Assembly (NCBI GenBank): GCA_964247055.1
Contig: OZ176052.1
Location: 10,974,001 to 11,038,000, forward strand
From: Paragordius varius
Taxonomy: Eukaryota; Animalia; Nematomorpha
Length of the DNA: 64,000 nucleotides
Direction: 5' to 3'
The notes beneath the pieces were generated by a model, which had not been told where the DNA came from, made no database searches, and worked only from the letters and a program-made list of their open reading frames with translations. Made by a program: the position numbers and the translations under genes. Below are positions 1 to 14,400 of this stretch, one piece after another. The stretch's first letter is position 1; each line of letters begins with the position of its first letter.

Positions 1-56
1 TTTTTCTAATTTTATTAAATGTAAAACATTATTAAATATAATTCTATATAATATAG

Positions 57-1360
57 GTTGTATCGCTTATAATCTCTGATATTATTGGGGACCCTATTCA
101 ATATATAGCTAGTGGACCAACCATAATTCGGGATATTAATAATAACCCCATTGAGTATTCAACGTTGAATGCTTACAAAATTCTTGAAAAATATAATCTA
201 ATAAAGTGCTTAACTGGAGATGTGCACGCAATATTGGGTAATTTTAATTATTTTTAAAACGAATCGAAATATATATAATATTAAATAGTTGTATTAAGTA
301 TTAGATTTAGATTTTCTTATATTTTTTATTTTATATTAAAATTGTTTTAGGTCCTAACGATGATGATATGAAAATAAAGAATATAAATACTCAAAATATT
401 CATAATTATATAATCGGAAGTAATGTTACAATGTTAAATGCTGTGTACCATTATATAAATAAGACTATGATAAACGAATTTTATGCCCTACCACCCATTT
501 CAGATATAATATGCGGTGAGGCTTTTATGTTTGGCAAATATTTGGCTAATTTAGCAATCTATTTAACCTTGATGCAAATTCAAAACGGGAAAAATGTATC
601 ACCGCATTATACTGATGATTGGCTTAGTGAATTTCAAAAATCATGTGCAAATTATTTGGGAAAAGGGTGCCTTGAAAATATTATTGAGCAAATTTTGCAG
701 CTTCATAGCCAAAAATCAGTGCAATATATTGCCCTTTTATTTGGGGGCGAAACAACAGTTAACTTGAAGCAAAAACCTTACCTTTTTGTTGATACCAAAG
801 ATTCAAATAATAACGAAATGGATGATCAAAACTGTGATAATGAAGATGAAATCTATAAAAATTTACAATCAATAGATTTTTTCATAGATGTTGATAATCA
901 TATCCAAGTAGACGTAGCTCTAAATAGAGAATCCAAACATTCCGATATTATTATAAATAAAAAACCATTAGGTGGTAGAAATCAAGAAATTGTCCTCACA
1001 TTCCTTATACAATACATTTCCATGCAAAAATATTTTGACAATTATAAAACCAATAATTGTAGCACCAAAATCCAACACTCCGCACTTTTTAGTTTTGGGA
1101 GTGATGGTCAAGATGGACCCACTGATGCAGGTGGAGCATTCATTACCTTTAATCAATTTAATGATACTCAAAAAAATCAAACTCAAATTTGTACCAAAGA
1201 TATCCCAAAAATTTTAAATTATGCGCAATTTTTTTTATCAAAACATGATTCTTATACATTTTTTAATGTTTTTGCTGGTGGGAAATACCACTTTAAACCT
1301 GGTTTAAGTGGTACTAATGTGATGGACATGCAAATATTACTCATTCCATTTATTATTTGA
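57..1360 (+). CDS. GLYCTK: Glycerate kinase (GLYCTK/MOFRL family), last two exons: 57-237 and 351-1360; 5' part lies upstream of the window
   Basis: Exon 57-237 reads VVSLIISDIIGDPIQYIASGPT. It splices in phase 1 (GT 238, AG 349-350) into the 368-1360 ORF, which has IIGSN, GGETTV, GGRNQE, GSDGQDGPTDAGGA and the C-terminal GTNVMD motif of MOFRL-domain glycerate kinases. Stop TGA at 1358-1360. Confidence 0.92.
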
Positions 1361-2439
1361 AAAAATGCCATAATATGTGTGCAAAATATTTTAGAGTATT
1401 ATTATATTTAATTTTTTGGGTAAATATTGTGAAACAGTTATAACAATTAATTTTAATTTGATGTATCTATTATTGGTAAACTCATTTTTAATTATATGTT
1501 CCCGGTCTTTATGTAATAATAAATGTTTAGCTTATTTTCATTTATTTTTAGGCAATGTAAAATTTTTGATATTTCCTTCAACCCGGGCCCAATGCTTTAA
1601 TTAATCGTTTTGTTTCTGACATAATTGATAACAAAGTTTTTTTTCGTTTAAGCTACATGACCATATTTTATTGTAATGGCTGTTTTTGAATAACATATTT
1701 TAAAACTGCTCTCTCATGTGTGGTTGTGTTGTGAAAAAGATGATTTACGTTGATAAAATTTCTTTCATAAATTAAGGTATAAATTTGGTGAAAAAAATTA
1801 ATTAGTCATTTATCATCCTCTTTATGCGGTTTTCATTGGTGTATGTGTTATAAGAGCATTGCAGAATATGGATTTCTAAATTTTTAGCAGGCTGTGCATA
1901 AAGTCGCAGGCCCGTGCGCCGCGTGTTGAACACCCCTGATTAGCAGAACTAGCCCATTTTTCGAATGGAAAAAAATGCGGCTTACGGACCCTGCATCTAA
2001 AAATAAAATTTTTCTTAAAATATTTTTTTCCTTTTATATATAGTTTATGATATTTAGTGATATTTTTGAAATGAAGCAATTAGCTACCAAAAAAATTTTA
2101 CATAATATGCTCAATTTTTGCCATTTTTTGATATGGAACAGTTACTACAAAAGTGAGAATAAGTTTCTTATGTCATTTGTAAGGGCCACCACTAAAAGCA
2201 CCATAATCCTCGTTTTACTATCAGAATATATATACTTCATCGAATTTTTTAACCTTCCGATCGGACGCAGTGTAATACAACAGCCAATATATGTATATTA
2301 CGGTTAGAAAATGCAAATAATTAAGTTTATAAAGCTTTAATGTTGAATACCAAAAATTGTTTATTTATTATTTCATAAAATCAGCTGTAAAATTAAATTG
2401 TTTTATGGAATTGTCCCAACTTAAACTCTTGACCAGTGA

Positions 2440-4390
2440 ATTTTTCAGTCAAAAACAACATTTCAAATTTGCAAAAACAAAATTTTGTCAAGCCAACGCA
2501 ACATTTTTCAGCCAAAGACAACATATTTAATCAAAAGCATCAATTTTTTTAAAAATTAAAGGCAAATTTTTATCTTATGACAATCAACTAGTCATTTAAT
2601 ATTTGGTGATTAATTTAATTTTTTCGCTGAATACTGATTTTTATTGTATAAATGGTAAATTTTTCAAATTTCGGGAGCCCATAACTTAATTATAATATTT
2701 ATTTGTAAAAATTCATCTTTCTTTATATCAACTTTAGTTTTATTTTACCTATAATCAATATATACAATTGCACATCAAGCGTGTTCTTGAAAAATAAAAG
2801 TCAATTCTCCAACACTTAAGGGTGATGCTTTAATAGTTTAAGTTGGTGTTTATGTTTAAGTTTGTTTTGCATGCAACCGTAATTTTGCATATAATTATCT
2901 AATTTTTAATCTTCGGCCTAATATATTTATTCATTTGTATTTTTTCATTCAAAAAGATTTTTTCTTTTTTAAATTGTTTCGAAAGAGTTTTCTTTGATTT
3001 AACAATATTTTAAACCAGGGCTTGGAACCGATACCGCATAGAACCGGAACCCGGTTCCTGGGATTTTAACAAGACCCGGTTATTGGGGTGGAACCAACGC
3101 GGTTCCACTTCTCCAGGAACCACCCCGGTACCGATTCTAAAATTTCAGGAACTACCCCGGTTCTATCTATAAGTTTTTAGGAACAACCCGGTTCCGGTTC
3201 CACCTCCTTAATTACTGGTTTCCATATGATTTTATTATAAAATATTTATTCTATTATTTAAATTTGATTGTACCACTACATATTACATACTTCAAACTTT
3301 AAACCTAAGACTAAGCGCCTAATATTATATTAGCGATACTCTTTGAATTTTGGGCGATTCGGCTATTTCCAAAAAACTAATAGTCATTGTTAGTATATAA
3401 AGGTCTCTGTTGAAAGGAGCTTTTTAACCCTTAATTTATTTTCAGACCTGAGAAGCAGTTTGACCAGCGAATTGCTTGGTGCAATAATTTTATGAAGTTG
3501 AATAAGGAATTTTTTAGATACCATACTTAAATTAACTCTCATTTTATACCTTTGCTATACATTTTCCTATTATATTTATTTAATTTGTTTCATTTTTAGC
3601 TACATTATATATCTTTCAATATACATTGGCAATTTATAATAAATTGTTTGATTTATAATTGTTAATATTTTGGTTATATTATTATAATAATTTTGTAGGA
3701 AAATTATTTAATCAAAAGTTAGGAACCGTAAATGGATCCGGTTCTTTACATTTAGAACCGGTTCCGGAACCGCTAAATTTTTAAAGAACCAACGCGGTTC
3801 CGGTTACACATTTTTTGAACCGGTTCCAAGCCCTGTTTTAAACTTTTTAATCTTTTACAACCCAAGAGATATTTTTACTTAAAACCTTATTTAAAAATAA
3901 TTTTCATAGAAAATAATAAGGATATACGGTTCTTGAATGAAAAGTTGGCAATAAAAAAGTTGTTAAACAAAGAGGATAGGTTAAAAAGGATAGGATAGAT
4001 CGATATTTTGAATCAAAGTTAAACTATTAAAGAATCAAATTTAAGTGTTGAAGGAATAACTTCAATTTTTTAAGGACTTTATTTTTCATAACTAAAGTTA
4101 AAAAAAGTAATTTTTATACATAAAAATTGCAATTAAGTTATAAGCAAAATTAGAATTTAAATCTATTTTTCATCAAATATTGATAAAACAAAATATTATA
4201 ATTCAACAATATTCAGTATCATTAACTAAAAATTAAATAAATTCTTAATAAAAATTATCATATCTTTAATAATAGAAAAATTTTTTTTTTGGTAAAAAAT
4301 GTTTGCTTGAAAAATTGTTGCCTTTGCTTTCAAAAAAGTTGTCTTTGCTTGAAAGAATGTTGCGTCTGCTTGAAATATTGTTGACTGCAA
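2440..4390. repeat. Pair of diverged inverted arms (about 2440-2570 and 4295-4390) made of ~20-21 bp sub-repeats; probable old foldback/MITE remnant
   Basis: The reverse complement of 4301-4390 (tcaagcagacgcaacattctttcaagcaaagacaac...) is colinear with 2470-2560 (tcaagccaacgcaacatttttcagccaaagacaac...). No clean termini or TSD found. Confidence 0.5.
3016..3835. mobile_element. Non-autonomous hAT element (MITE), 820 bp
   Basis: Perfect 15 bp TIR CAGGGCTTGGAACCG / CGGTTCCAAGCCCTG. 8 bp TSD TTTTAAAC at 3008-3015 and 3836-3843. Clustered GAACCG/CGGTTC subterminal motifs at both ends. No ORF. Confidence 0.93.
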
Positions 4391-4878
4391 AATATTATAC
4401 TCCCGCGGCCCTAAAATGCCTTATCCTAAATTATTAAATTTTTTGATGTATTTAATTTTAATATATTTATTTGCAAGTGTGTCTAACATCTATTTTGTAT
4501 TGGTATTATATGGTGTTTGGCCCTTGAGAGAAGATATATATTTTTAAACTTTAAAATTTTTCTGTTGTTCAACTGCTCTAGACTTTAAATAATAAGCCCT
4601 TATTATTGAATTTTACCCAAATAACTTTCCAAATGTAGTTTTTTTACTAGATTAAGATAATATTAAAATTACCTCAAAATGTCATTTTGTACAAAAATTT
4701 GAAAAAACGCAACTATGTTATAAATGTGTTAGAACAACCTTATATCCCAAAATATTATAATAAATAAAAAAATGATTGATATTTGTTTATATATACAAAC
4801 GTATACGTCAAATTTATGGTGCAAAAATTAAATCATATGGTAACACTTTTAAGAAAATTATCCTCATTTTGAAAAAAT

Positions 4879-5016
4879 ATGAAATTAGATGGAATTGTTC
4901 CCGAAGGGAGTAAGGCACTTGAACACGTTTTAAAGGTTAATATGTTTTAATATATTAGGTTTTTTATGGAAATATTGAAGTTACGCCCGGCAAAGTTTTG
5001 ACGCCTACTCAAGTTT

Positions 5017-5048
<32 letters not shown>

Positions 5049-6405
5049 TAGGTTAAAGATAAACCTACCAAAATTACATGGCCTCATGATAAGGAGCATA
5101 TGTATACACTGGCTTTGATAGGTTTTCCCTGCATATAATTAATTTTAGATCCCGATGCTCCTACACGTAATGCTTCACTAGAAGAACCTTGGCGACATTG
5201 GACAGTTATTAATATTCCAGGAGATAGTATTGATGAGGGAGGTGAAGTCGCAGAATATATTGGGGCTGGACCACCCAAAGGAACAGGTTTTAACATAAAA
5301 ATTATTGTATCAGGGCTACATCGTTACGTTTTTATGCTATATAAGCAAGAACAAGAAATTGACCCTGAACACGTTCAGAAACTGCATAAAAAGTAAGTTT
5401 ATACATTTAACATTGTTGTATGTGTAAATTTTTTAACCTTTTTATTTTTATGAGCATTTCTTACATCTTATATTATTTTTGCGTTGTTTAAGAATGTGCT
5501 ATGCAAACATTTGTTGTTTAACCCATTTTTAAGGTGAAAATTAACGATATTTAACTTTTTGCATTGTATAATGATTAATCTTAGGTATTTAATGATAAAT
5601 TGTTTTATTTTTATTTTCTTACGTACAAGAGCTTATTTTATTTGTTTGCATACCCTATCGTGTAACCTTTGCTTGTTAAATAAATCCTATTTTTACTACG
5701 TTATAACTTATAATTTTGATATTATATTAATGATAAATTTTAATCTATTTTGAATAATATTATAACAATCACACACATTATCGTATACTTAATTATATTT
5801 TTTATATAATACAAATGGATTTAAACGCACTGAAAAGGCTTAAGACTTTTTAACTTGATATATAAAATTCAGAATCTTAAAAAAAGAAAAGGGATTCTGA
5901 TTCTATTAACAATAAACATTTATTGTGTTTTTCTTGCATTTTAAGATTTCATTCTCAATTAAAAGCCTTATTAGAGTTATATATTCTCTGCTGAAAATAT
6001 TCGTCATAATTTATACAGTTGAATATTAAGATGCTTTACATATACAGTAAAATTGCAACTGATCTAATTAAAATTCGTTAACCATTTATTATTTGCATTT
6101 AAAATTAATTAATATTCAATTACTTCACACTTAAATTTACCGCCTTACTTAATAAAAATATATTGGTCAATTATTGGTTTTAAGGTCTAAATATAGAGAT
6201 TTATAAATATGGTTGACTTTTTTTCTTGATTGCCGCTTTTTATAAAATTTTTATAATTTATTTTAGTACTGACAAGTACCGAGCAAAATGGCGTTTAAAA
6301 CATTTTATACATGATCATCATTTGGAACTTTTAGCGTGCAATTATTTTGAAGCCGAATGGGATGACTATGTCCCCAAACTCTATGAGCAATTGCAAGGAC
6401 ATTGA
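4879..6405 (+). CDS. PEBP: Phosphatidylethanolamine-binding protein (PEBP/RKIP family); exons 4879-4935, 4959-5012, 5052-5121, 5149-5286, 5314-5392, 6267-6405
   Basis: The spliced translation MKLDGIVPE...VLK-VFYG...LTPTQ-VKDKP...YTLALI-DPDAP...WRHWTVINIPG...EYIGAGPPKGT-GLHRYVF...EAEWDDYVPKLYEQL has all PEBP family motifs. Every junction is GT-AG and phase-consistent. Stop TGA at 6403-6405. Confidence 0.93.
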
Positions 6406-7024
6406 AAAAATTTTTAAACTTTTTCGCGCATTTTAAAAAAGATTATTCGCTGTATTTTTGCGAATATTTTTGTTAGTATTTGAATAAAAAGAATAATTTT
6501 AGTTAGATATTTATGGATGATTTCATCATGCATTTATAAGTATTTGTTCGTTTTCGTTTTAATATTTATAATTTTTTTATGTTATAATATAATACAAACT
6601 ACCTTGTAATCCCATTGAGTTAGACAATTGAATAAATATATTTTACTTTGATTTGTTTTACACTTTAACTAGACTATTTAGTGAATTAAAGATTGAGAAA
6701 TTAAGTTGAATTTACATGTTTTATTATTTTAACCCAAAACACTTTCTTTGATGTGCTAATCTTTTTAATCCATTTCGATTGCAGTTTATAACATTTTTAT
6801 GTAAACAACAATATATTTCTAATTTATTTTATACAGTATTACACCACATTTAATTAAATAGGTTGGTAATAATAAATTTACGTAAATAAATTTTAAGTTA
6901 AAAGCATCCATATGTTGGGCACACTTATATGAAATTTATATAATTCTTTACATATAATGGAAATTAAATTTCAAATTTGGTAATGTATAGCAGCATAAAG
7001 ATTGCTTTGTATTTCACATGAGAA

Positions 7025-8434
7025 CTACAAGAAAAATTTGTGTTCAGTCCCGTCCGAAAAAAGTAAAAGCAAGATTCGTGAATTAAGCCAATGGATTTTT
7101 GCGATTCTCATATCTTTCCATGTTCCAATACTTTGACCATTTTCATAAATACTGTCACCAATCATTAAATTATTTGCGTTTTGATGAGTTGCATTTTTTG
7201 TCACTTCATTTGGATTAACAAGTGTTTCCTCATTGCTTGCAGAGACTGGATGAGCAGACAGGGCAGATATGGTTTCAAGTTTTCGGCTTTTAAGTAATCG
7301 AAGTTGACTCGAACCAATGCCAAAGATCCCGGCTGAGATCTGTATAATTTTTTATACACAAAACGATCGTAGAATTTGCTATGTGTGCGAAATACGTGAG
7401 TTTGTTTCATTTTCATAAATATGGTTTAAATTTAGATTATACATAATTGAGTCAATATTTTGTCAGTAAAGAAAAAATTTGTTTGTCATGAATGATGATT
7501 AGATTTAAGTTTTTAAATAAGAGAAACGCTTAACAACGTTAAAGAGAAAAATAAACTGCCCAAACTTAACTAAAGAATGTATCCTATAAAAATAAGAATA
7601 TTTGTCGTCACAACTTTGCATATATGAAATATTAAATTTTTTGAAATATTAGTAGGTACATGGGTAGCCTTATATATTTACCTAAATCTAATCCTTTACG
7701 GAAAAAAGGAATAAATAATTATTGCCTTCTATAAATATTAATACCTGCCAAATAACAAGTAAACATTCAGGGAAAGAAAAACTAGCCAAGTTTCGGAAAT
7801 CTGGTGAATATGAAACCGTAATAATTGGATCGTGATGTGGAGTTTGACAAATCTAAACCAAACATGTCGATAATTTATTTTAATTAGAATATTAATAAGC
7901 AAATCATTTAAACAACGCAAGAAATGTAATATTACTTCAGGTTTAATCGTTTTGAAATTGTAAATATATATTTGACGCTTGTTTGTCCCTATAATAAGTT
8001 GTTTCTTTTCAGCACTGTATACCAATTGAGGATAACTGTTTTAAATTTGATAAGTGAAATATTAGTTATAACAGTATTTTTATAATTAAAAAATATAAAT
8101 AATTTTGGTAGACCGAAAATTCCAAGATCATATTTTAATATATATACCCGAAAAAAGGTGATAATAAATGTTCCCAATCTTTGGATTTGTGTATATCATT
8201 ACTCCCACAGTATATGTAAATGTCTATTGTCTAACACAAAAAAATAAATTTTATTTCCGTAAATATATCATTATTTCACAGCTCTTTTATAACACGTTTA
8301 TATACCTCTGGTAAAAGGGCCGCAATTTGTACGGGGTTCGTTTCGATTAAGGATTCAATGATGTTAAATAAAACGTCCTTTGCGCTAATTAAAAGATTGG
8401 GGTTTGAAGCCGGTGCACCGTGTTTATACCCTAT

Positions 8435-8474
<40 letters not shown>

Positions 8475-11400
8475 CAATTGACATTTTAAAGGCTAACAAA
8501 TACTAAATTGGCAAAAACATTTGTAAATAAACGTATATTCGAGAATTCAAATAGTATATCCCTATAAATAAAATAAATTTATTATTTTTATCCCATATTT
8601 TGAAGTGTAAACGATTATTTTTTTTTGAATAAAAATTCATTTATGAATATCTGCTCCAAAATATATAATAACTACCCCACAAATGATGTTGCACAAATGG
8701 GGTCATGTGGAGATAAAAATAATTTCACTTCATTTAATATTTCAGAAAATAGCATTTAAAAACCTACGGAAAAAAAGACCAATTAAGTATAAAATGATAA
8801 AATAAAATTAACCTGTGTTATGAGGGGCATTTACATTGCGATATGATTGTTGAGCAGAAAAGCCAGATGAAGGAAGATTAACGGTGGAAGTAGTTATATT
8901 GTGATGTTGAACAAACTGATGATGGACCGATTGGAAGGCTGATGACGTTTGTGAATGCAACATGTGTCTAAATTTATTTTATAAAAATGTTACTATAGTA
9001 TAAATTAATCTAAACTGTTTATTACGAAACATTACACAAATGGGATATGTTCGCCGGTTTATGATAGTGACTGTGAAGGTTTTTCAGTATATCTCCGAGT
9101 CAAAAACTTTTGTTATAAAAAATTGGGTCAAAAACAAATATTTTTTTGCAAAAAATGTAAATTTTAAACCCTTTTTACTAATAATGGCCATATACTGTTT
9201 TCTCTTTAATTAAAACATACTTTTGATTTTGTGATAATTGTGAATCGACTTATCCGTAAACCGGTTATATTTTAAGGGGCTTTTTTAAACTTATTGATGA
9301 TTATGACATACACTTTGTAAAACACCTAGCACAAATACATTTTCAACTATATTTTGAATATTTATTTTAATTCCAAGGTATTATATACTTGCTAATTTCT
9401 TTGTTTATGATTGTAATGAAGGTAGCTGGTCGCATAAATGCAATATTTTTCAAACATTCTTTGGTTGAAGCGAGCAATATCACGCTATCCCTATTAAAAA
9501 ATATGTGAAGGATATAAAAAATAATAGACAATAATTTTGTAAGATAAATATAATTTAACAGGCTTAAATTATATTTTTACTCGGTATTTAATCTTTCAGA
9601 GATAACACAAATTTCAAGCAACTTTAGCAACAGGGCCGAAAGATCCAAGAATGGTTCCCAAAGGGAGAAACCCAAACATAAAACTTGATAGCTAATAGCT
9701 TTAAGTCGACTATCATACAAAATGAGATAATCGGACAGTAGGGATATATTATTAAGCGGTGTAAAGGAGGTATTTGAATTGGATGTGGATGCATTTATAG
9801 AAGATGACATATTGGGTAATCGTGTTACTTTGCTTGATATTGAATGCTTGGTTTTGTTTGGTTTAATGATTGTGTGAGTCGGGAGGCGTATAAAAGCCCA
9901 AATTATGTTACCTAATCAAAATATAAAAAAGTAATAACGAATTTGGCCCGATAAGCAATATTTTTTTGAATTAAAACATAAAAATTAAAGAATGATTTGT
10001 GAATAAAAAACCAAACTAAATGAGTGTATATATACATGTAAGTAGTAATATTTTTGGGTTTTGTAAGCTAAAATAATCAGAATATATTGCAAGCAGTTTT
10101 TCATGCATCGATGAATCCGGAGTTGATTGCACGTTTTTTGAGGGATGTAAGAATTTAGGAATGTGTTTTCCGAAAAATCCCATCAACATGAAAGCCAATA
10201 AGGGGCCAGGTATGCAGCCTTTGTATAATATACGAATTATAAATGACAAAATAATGATAAAGCCTCTAATTTCTTAACATTATGAACGGCCTATACATGT
10301 CTCGTGCTAGGAAGTATTAATATTGATGCAATAAAAATAATGTTTTATCTGATTAAATAAAATCCTTATGTTAAATTTCTTGTCATTCTATTACCGTATA
10401 TACTGTTTAACACTTGGATACAACACATTCATTTTAGTCCTTTGATTCAAATTGGGGTAGTTAAATACCCCAGGCCTGTTTAAAATTAAATTCTTTAAAA
10501 AATAGGGAAGGAATCGAAACCATGGCAAAATCTTGCACTTGTATAAAATTAATAAACCGCAATATAAAAATTTTATTCAAAAATACTTGGAATCACTTAT
10601 TTTAAGCTAAAACCGAAAGGTAAAAACTTAGTCAACGTGACATGCGTGCAATGATAAAATTAAAAAATAATACAAAATAAAAAGCTTTTTCGATTTCTAT
10701 CAATGTTAGATGTAATTTAAATAAAAAATTAGCTATAATTTTACCCTTAAAATTTAATGAAGACGATATTTTGCAAAATTTTTGCAAAATAAAAATGCGT
10801 CGAAGTAGTTTGATATGGAACTTTTTTTTCATAACAAAATTTTTGTAGATATATTGGCATATTTATAAAATTTTTATTAGGATAGAAGCATAAATTTAAA
10901 TTGGGACCGTTTGCTTCAGTAGCTTTTTAAATATCCTAACTCACATTTAGTCTGGGGTATTTAGATACCCCAATTTGAATCGAAGTGTTAAAATACTCAT
11001 AATCGACAAAATAAAATGTTTTTTTACAAACATATCGTAAATTATATTTTACCGTATTGTTTGTAATAATCACGAAAAGGATAACACAATTTTTTCACCA
11101 TTTCTGGATCTATTAAGACTTCAGTCGAGTGTGAAAGATTGGAATCGATATATGTAGATTTATTTGATAAATTATCACTTTCGAAAACTTCTTTAGAATG
11201 TAATGTTGGAGGTATATTGGAATCAATGCGATTTGGTGCGGGTTGGACACTTTGATGTCTAAAAATGTTATAATAATTCAATTTCGGTCTTTTAAAACAA
11301 AATATAATTCTGCTAATATAACCTTTTATAATTTGGATTTAGGGATTGTTTTGGTGATTTACTGTGGTCAGAATATGTGTGATCAAAATTTTGGCTACTA

Positions 11401-14400
11401 TGTGCCTTCTTTAAATCTTTAGAAGCTCCCGTTTTGGTTAAACTAAAATAATAAAAATAAACAAAACAGTGTATAAAAGCGGTTTATTATTAGAAAAATA
11501 AATCTTCATCGCCTTGAAACTATTTTTTATAATTTTAGTACAATATGTGCGGAAAATATTCAGTAAAAACTGAATTATACGGTCAAAAATACAAATATTT
11601 TTTTAAAAGTACTTTTTTAAATCTATATAAATTGTTTATTTACAAAAAAACTTATAATTGATTGTGTTAATAATGTACATATATATATACATACTTTGCA
11701 ATTTTTAACAATTATTAAAATTTAAAAATTCGAGATAAATGTTTCTGTTTTTTAGACAAAAATATTTGTCTTTATATTCTTAAGTTGTGTCCATATAATT
11801 TCAATTTTTATTGTAATTATATGGTAAAATATTTCAATATACAGTGGAGCGAACCCCGTTTCCCATAATGTTCTTTTTAAAATCGGCTAAATCAAAGGTA
11901 TGTAACACAAATGTCTTCGCGGGCTGCTTTGATAATTTTTGGTTTGTTTTTATTTATTTTAGGCCCAATTTCGGATGATATATTTTCTAAACAATCGTAA
12001 TATTTGGATTAAAATCCAATTTTTGATTTTTTAACATTTTTTAAAGCACTTTTGCGAACAAAGCCATCCCTAGTCGTATATGCATTTAGCTGATGATTTA
12101 ATTATATAATAGAGCCCTACTTTTTACATTATAAACAAATCGATTAGTTTGTAGGTATTTTGTTGCCCTAGAGCCAAAAATATAAAATCCAATCATTTCT
12201 TTTTTATTTGGTTAAAACTGTAAAATTATTATTTCACACTATATGAAAGCTGTTTATTACCCAATTTCTTGATTACTAAATAGGAGTCTCTGTTCATAGC
12301 TAAGAAGTTCCAAATTTTCAAGGCATAATTCCAATATGGTTGTTATCGCTTTTATATGGCTATTAATTACGGCTTCGCGTGAATCAAATATCGTATTTGG
12401 TTTTGCCGCAAAAATAGATTGAATATTAAAGCGTTGAGGGAAAAATAAATGACTTAGAATCTGATTTATTGCATTATTCAGCTAAACAACAAGTAAATTA
12501 TTTCAAATCTTTTATATTAGTCGAAAAATGAATATATCGCCTATATACAGCTGAAAACATATTAAAATATCATATTGAAAATTTAATTTATAAAATTTGT
12601 TTTTGCCTAGGGTGAAACATGCAAAATATCTAGATTTTTTTTAAAGATTGCATACTAAACATTACCTATTGTATACACACACCTAAAATTTCAAAAATGA
12701 TGATTTCTCTCTAGATTTTTAAAAAATAACATTTGTTATAGAATTTAACGTAAGTAATTTACAAAATTGGTTAAATTGCAAAATAGATAAAACCAATATT
12801 GTCAAAAAGATGTAAAACAAATTGCATTTAATTTATTACCGGAAGACAAGGGTCTAGCAATCGGTTCATAAAAATATCAAACACAATTCGTTGGGAGTCA
12901 GAGGGACTTTTTAAAAGTATTGGAGTATAAATGTATTCATAGAGGTAAAGATTGTATAAATCATCACAGAGTTGAATTGATAAATTAATTCTAAAGTGCG
13001 TAAAAATATCAATTATAATTAATGTCCAATTTTCAGGAATTTATATTTATTATATCACAAAATTTAATTACGATTCAAGTTAAACCATCATTAGGGTAAA
13101 TCTTAAATCTATGTTTTTCCATCTCTTTTTTTCAAATAAAAAAATATTTTTGAAGTAAAAATTAATTAATAAATTATATTTAAATTTATTCGAGAATATA
13201 AATAAATAAAATTAATGATAAAAAATTAAATTATAACTTATCAATTATGTCGGAAGACACGGCTACATCCTGGATGTGATTATTGCTATAACAAATAGGG
13301 TTTAAATCCTGGGAATAATGATCGATTTCTTGCCTAAACGATGTTTTTAACATTTCTAACATTGTAAGAAGCTGACACACTTCAATGGTTTGATACAGGG
13401 ATGAATCGTTCGTATTGAAGTTTATATTATCATCTACCATATAAAATATATAATGTGTATCAAAAAAGAGGTATTGCAAGCTTTTGATTAAATATATTCA
13501 AAAAAATAAAATTATAGCAACAGTATCGAAAATATTATTTTGTTTTGGGGAAAATACTAAAATTAAAAACGATTTAAAAACTGTTTGTAGGTCCAGACCG
13601 CGGTTCCAAAAAATTTTTTGATTAATTTTTTTAAATTATTTAGTAATAGTATTTTGACAGATTTTTCGGAAAAAAGCATATTGCTATTTATACTTTTTAA
13701 TACACATTATGTATTTAAAAAGATGAAACCTAAACCAGAACCATTTGACCAAATAAGAATGAAACGGGAACCATTTGGGACGAAACAGTTATTTTTGTAT
13801 AAAAATAAACTAAAATCAAATATATATATATATATTATATGCATACCATAGTAGGAAGTTATACTCGATTGATCAAGCGACACAATGTTTTGGGGCATAG
13901 AAATCAATGGAGTGTGCATTTCTATCGTCATAATTTATATTGTTATAATTATATTGAAAATAAATAAAAAAATATGTTTTCACACCTAAACTTAGCGATA
14001 TTTAATATAAAATTTTCAAAACAATGCTTTTTTTTGTGATTAAAAGATTTTACAATATGATTATATATATAATACATTATAGATTTATGGTATATTTTTA
14101 TTAGTTACCAATATTTTTGAAAACCAAAAAATATTTTTTTATTGATGAAATTACTACCCCATTGTGATGTTAATTTTCGATCTAAATCAATGCTTAAACC
14201 CCAAGGGTGCATATTAGATAACAGTGTGAGCAATAATCGTTTTTCATGAATCATCTTGGAACGTTTGCGAATAGGGGAAGACGTTTCGTAATACAATTGA
14301 TTAATATCCGTCGATAATGGCAAATTCTATTGATTTATGTCAGATTTGAATATATATAGATATTGTGGACTAAAATAAAATGTATATTGAGTCTAATGCA

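Noticed and set aside
968-1217. Short overlapping ORFs within GLYCTK, and other antisense ORFs such as 5084-5296, 14581-14811, 17561-17776 and 28836-29177
   Set aside because: Alternative-frame or antisense shadows of real exons, with no recognisable motifs.
1890-1995. GC-rich hAT-like end fragments (gaacacccctg, cagggtccg); similar at about 11843, 24560-24600 and 57920-58210
   Set aside because: Too degenerate; no matching TIR pair with a TSD could be established.
8676-8763. Apparent extra WDR7 exon between AG (8765-8764) and GT (8675-8674)
   Set aside because: It has stops in all three frames, and exons 8967-8813 and 8430-8306 already join in phase.
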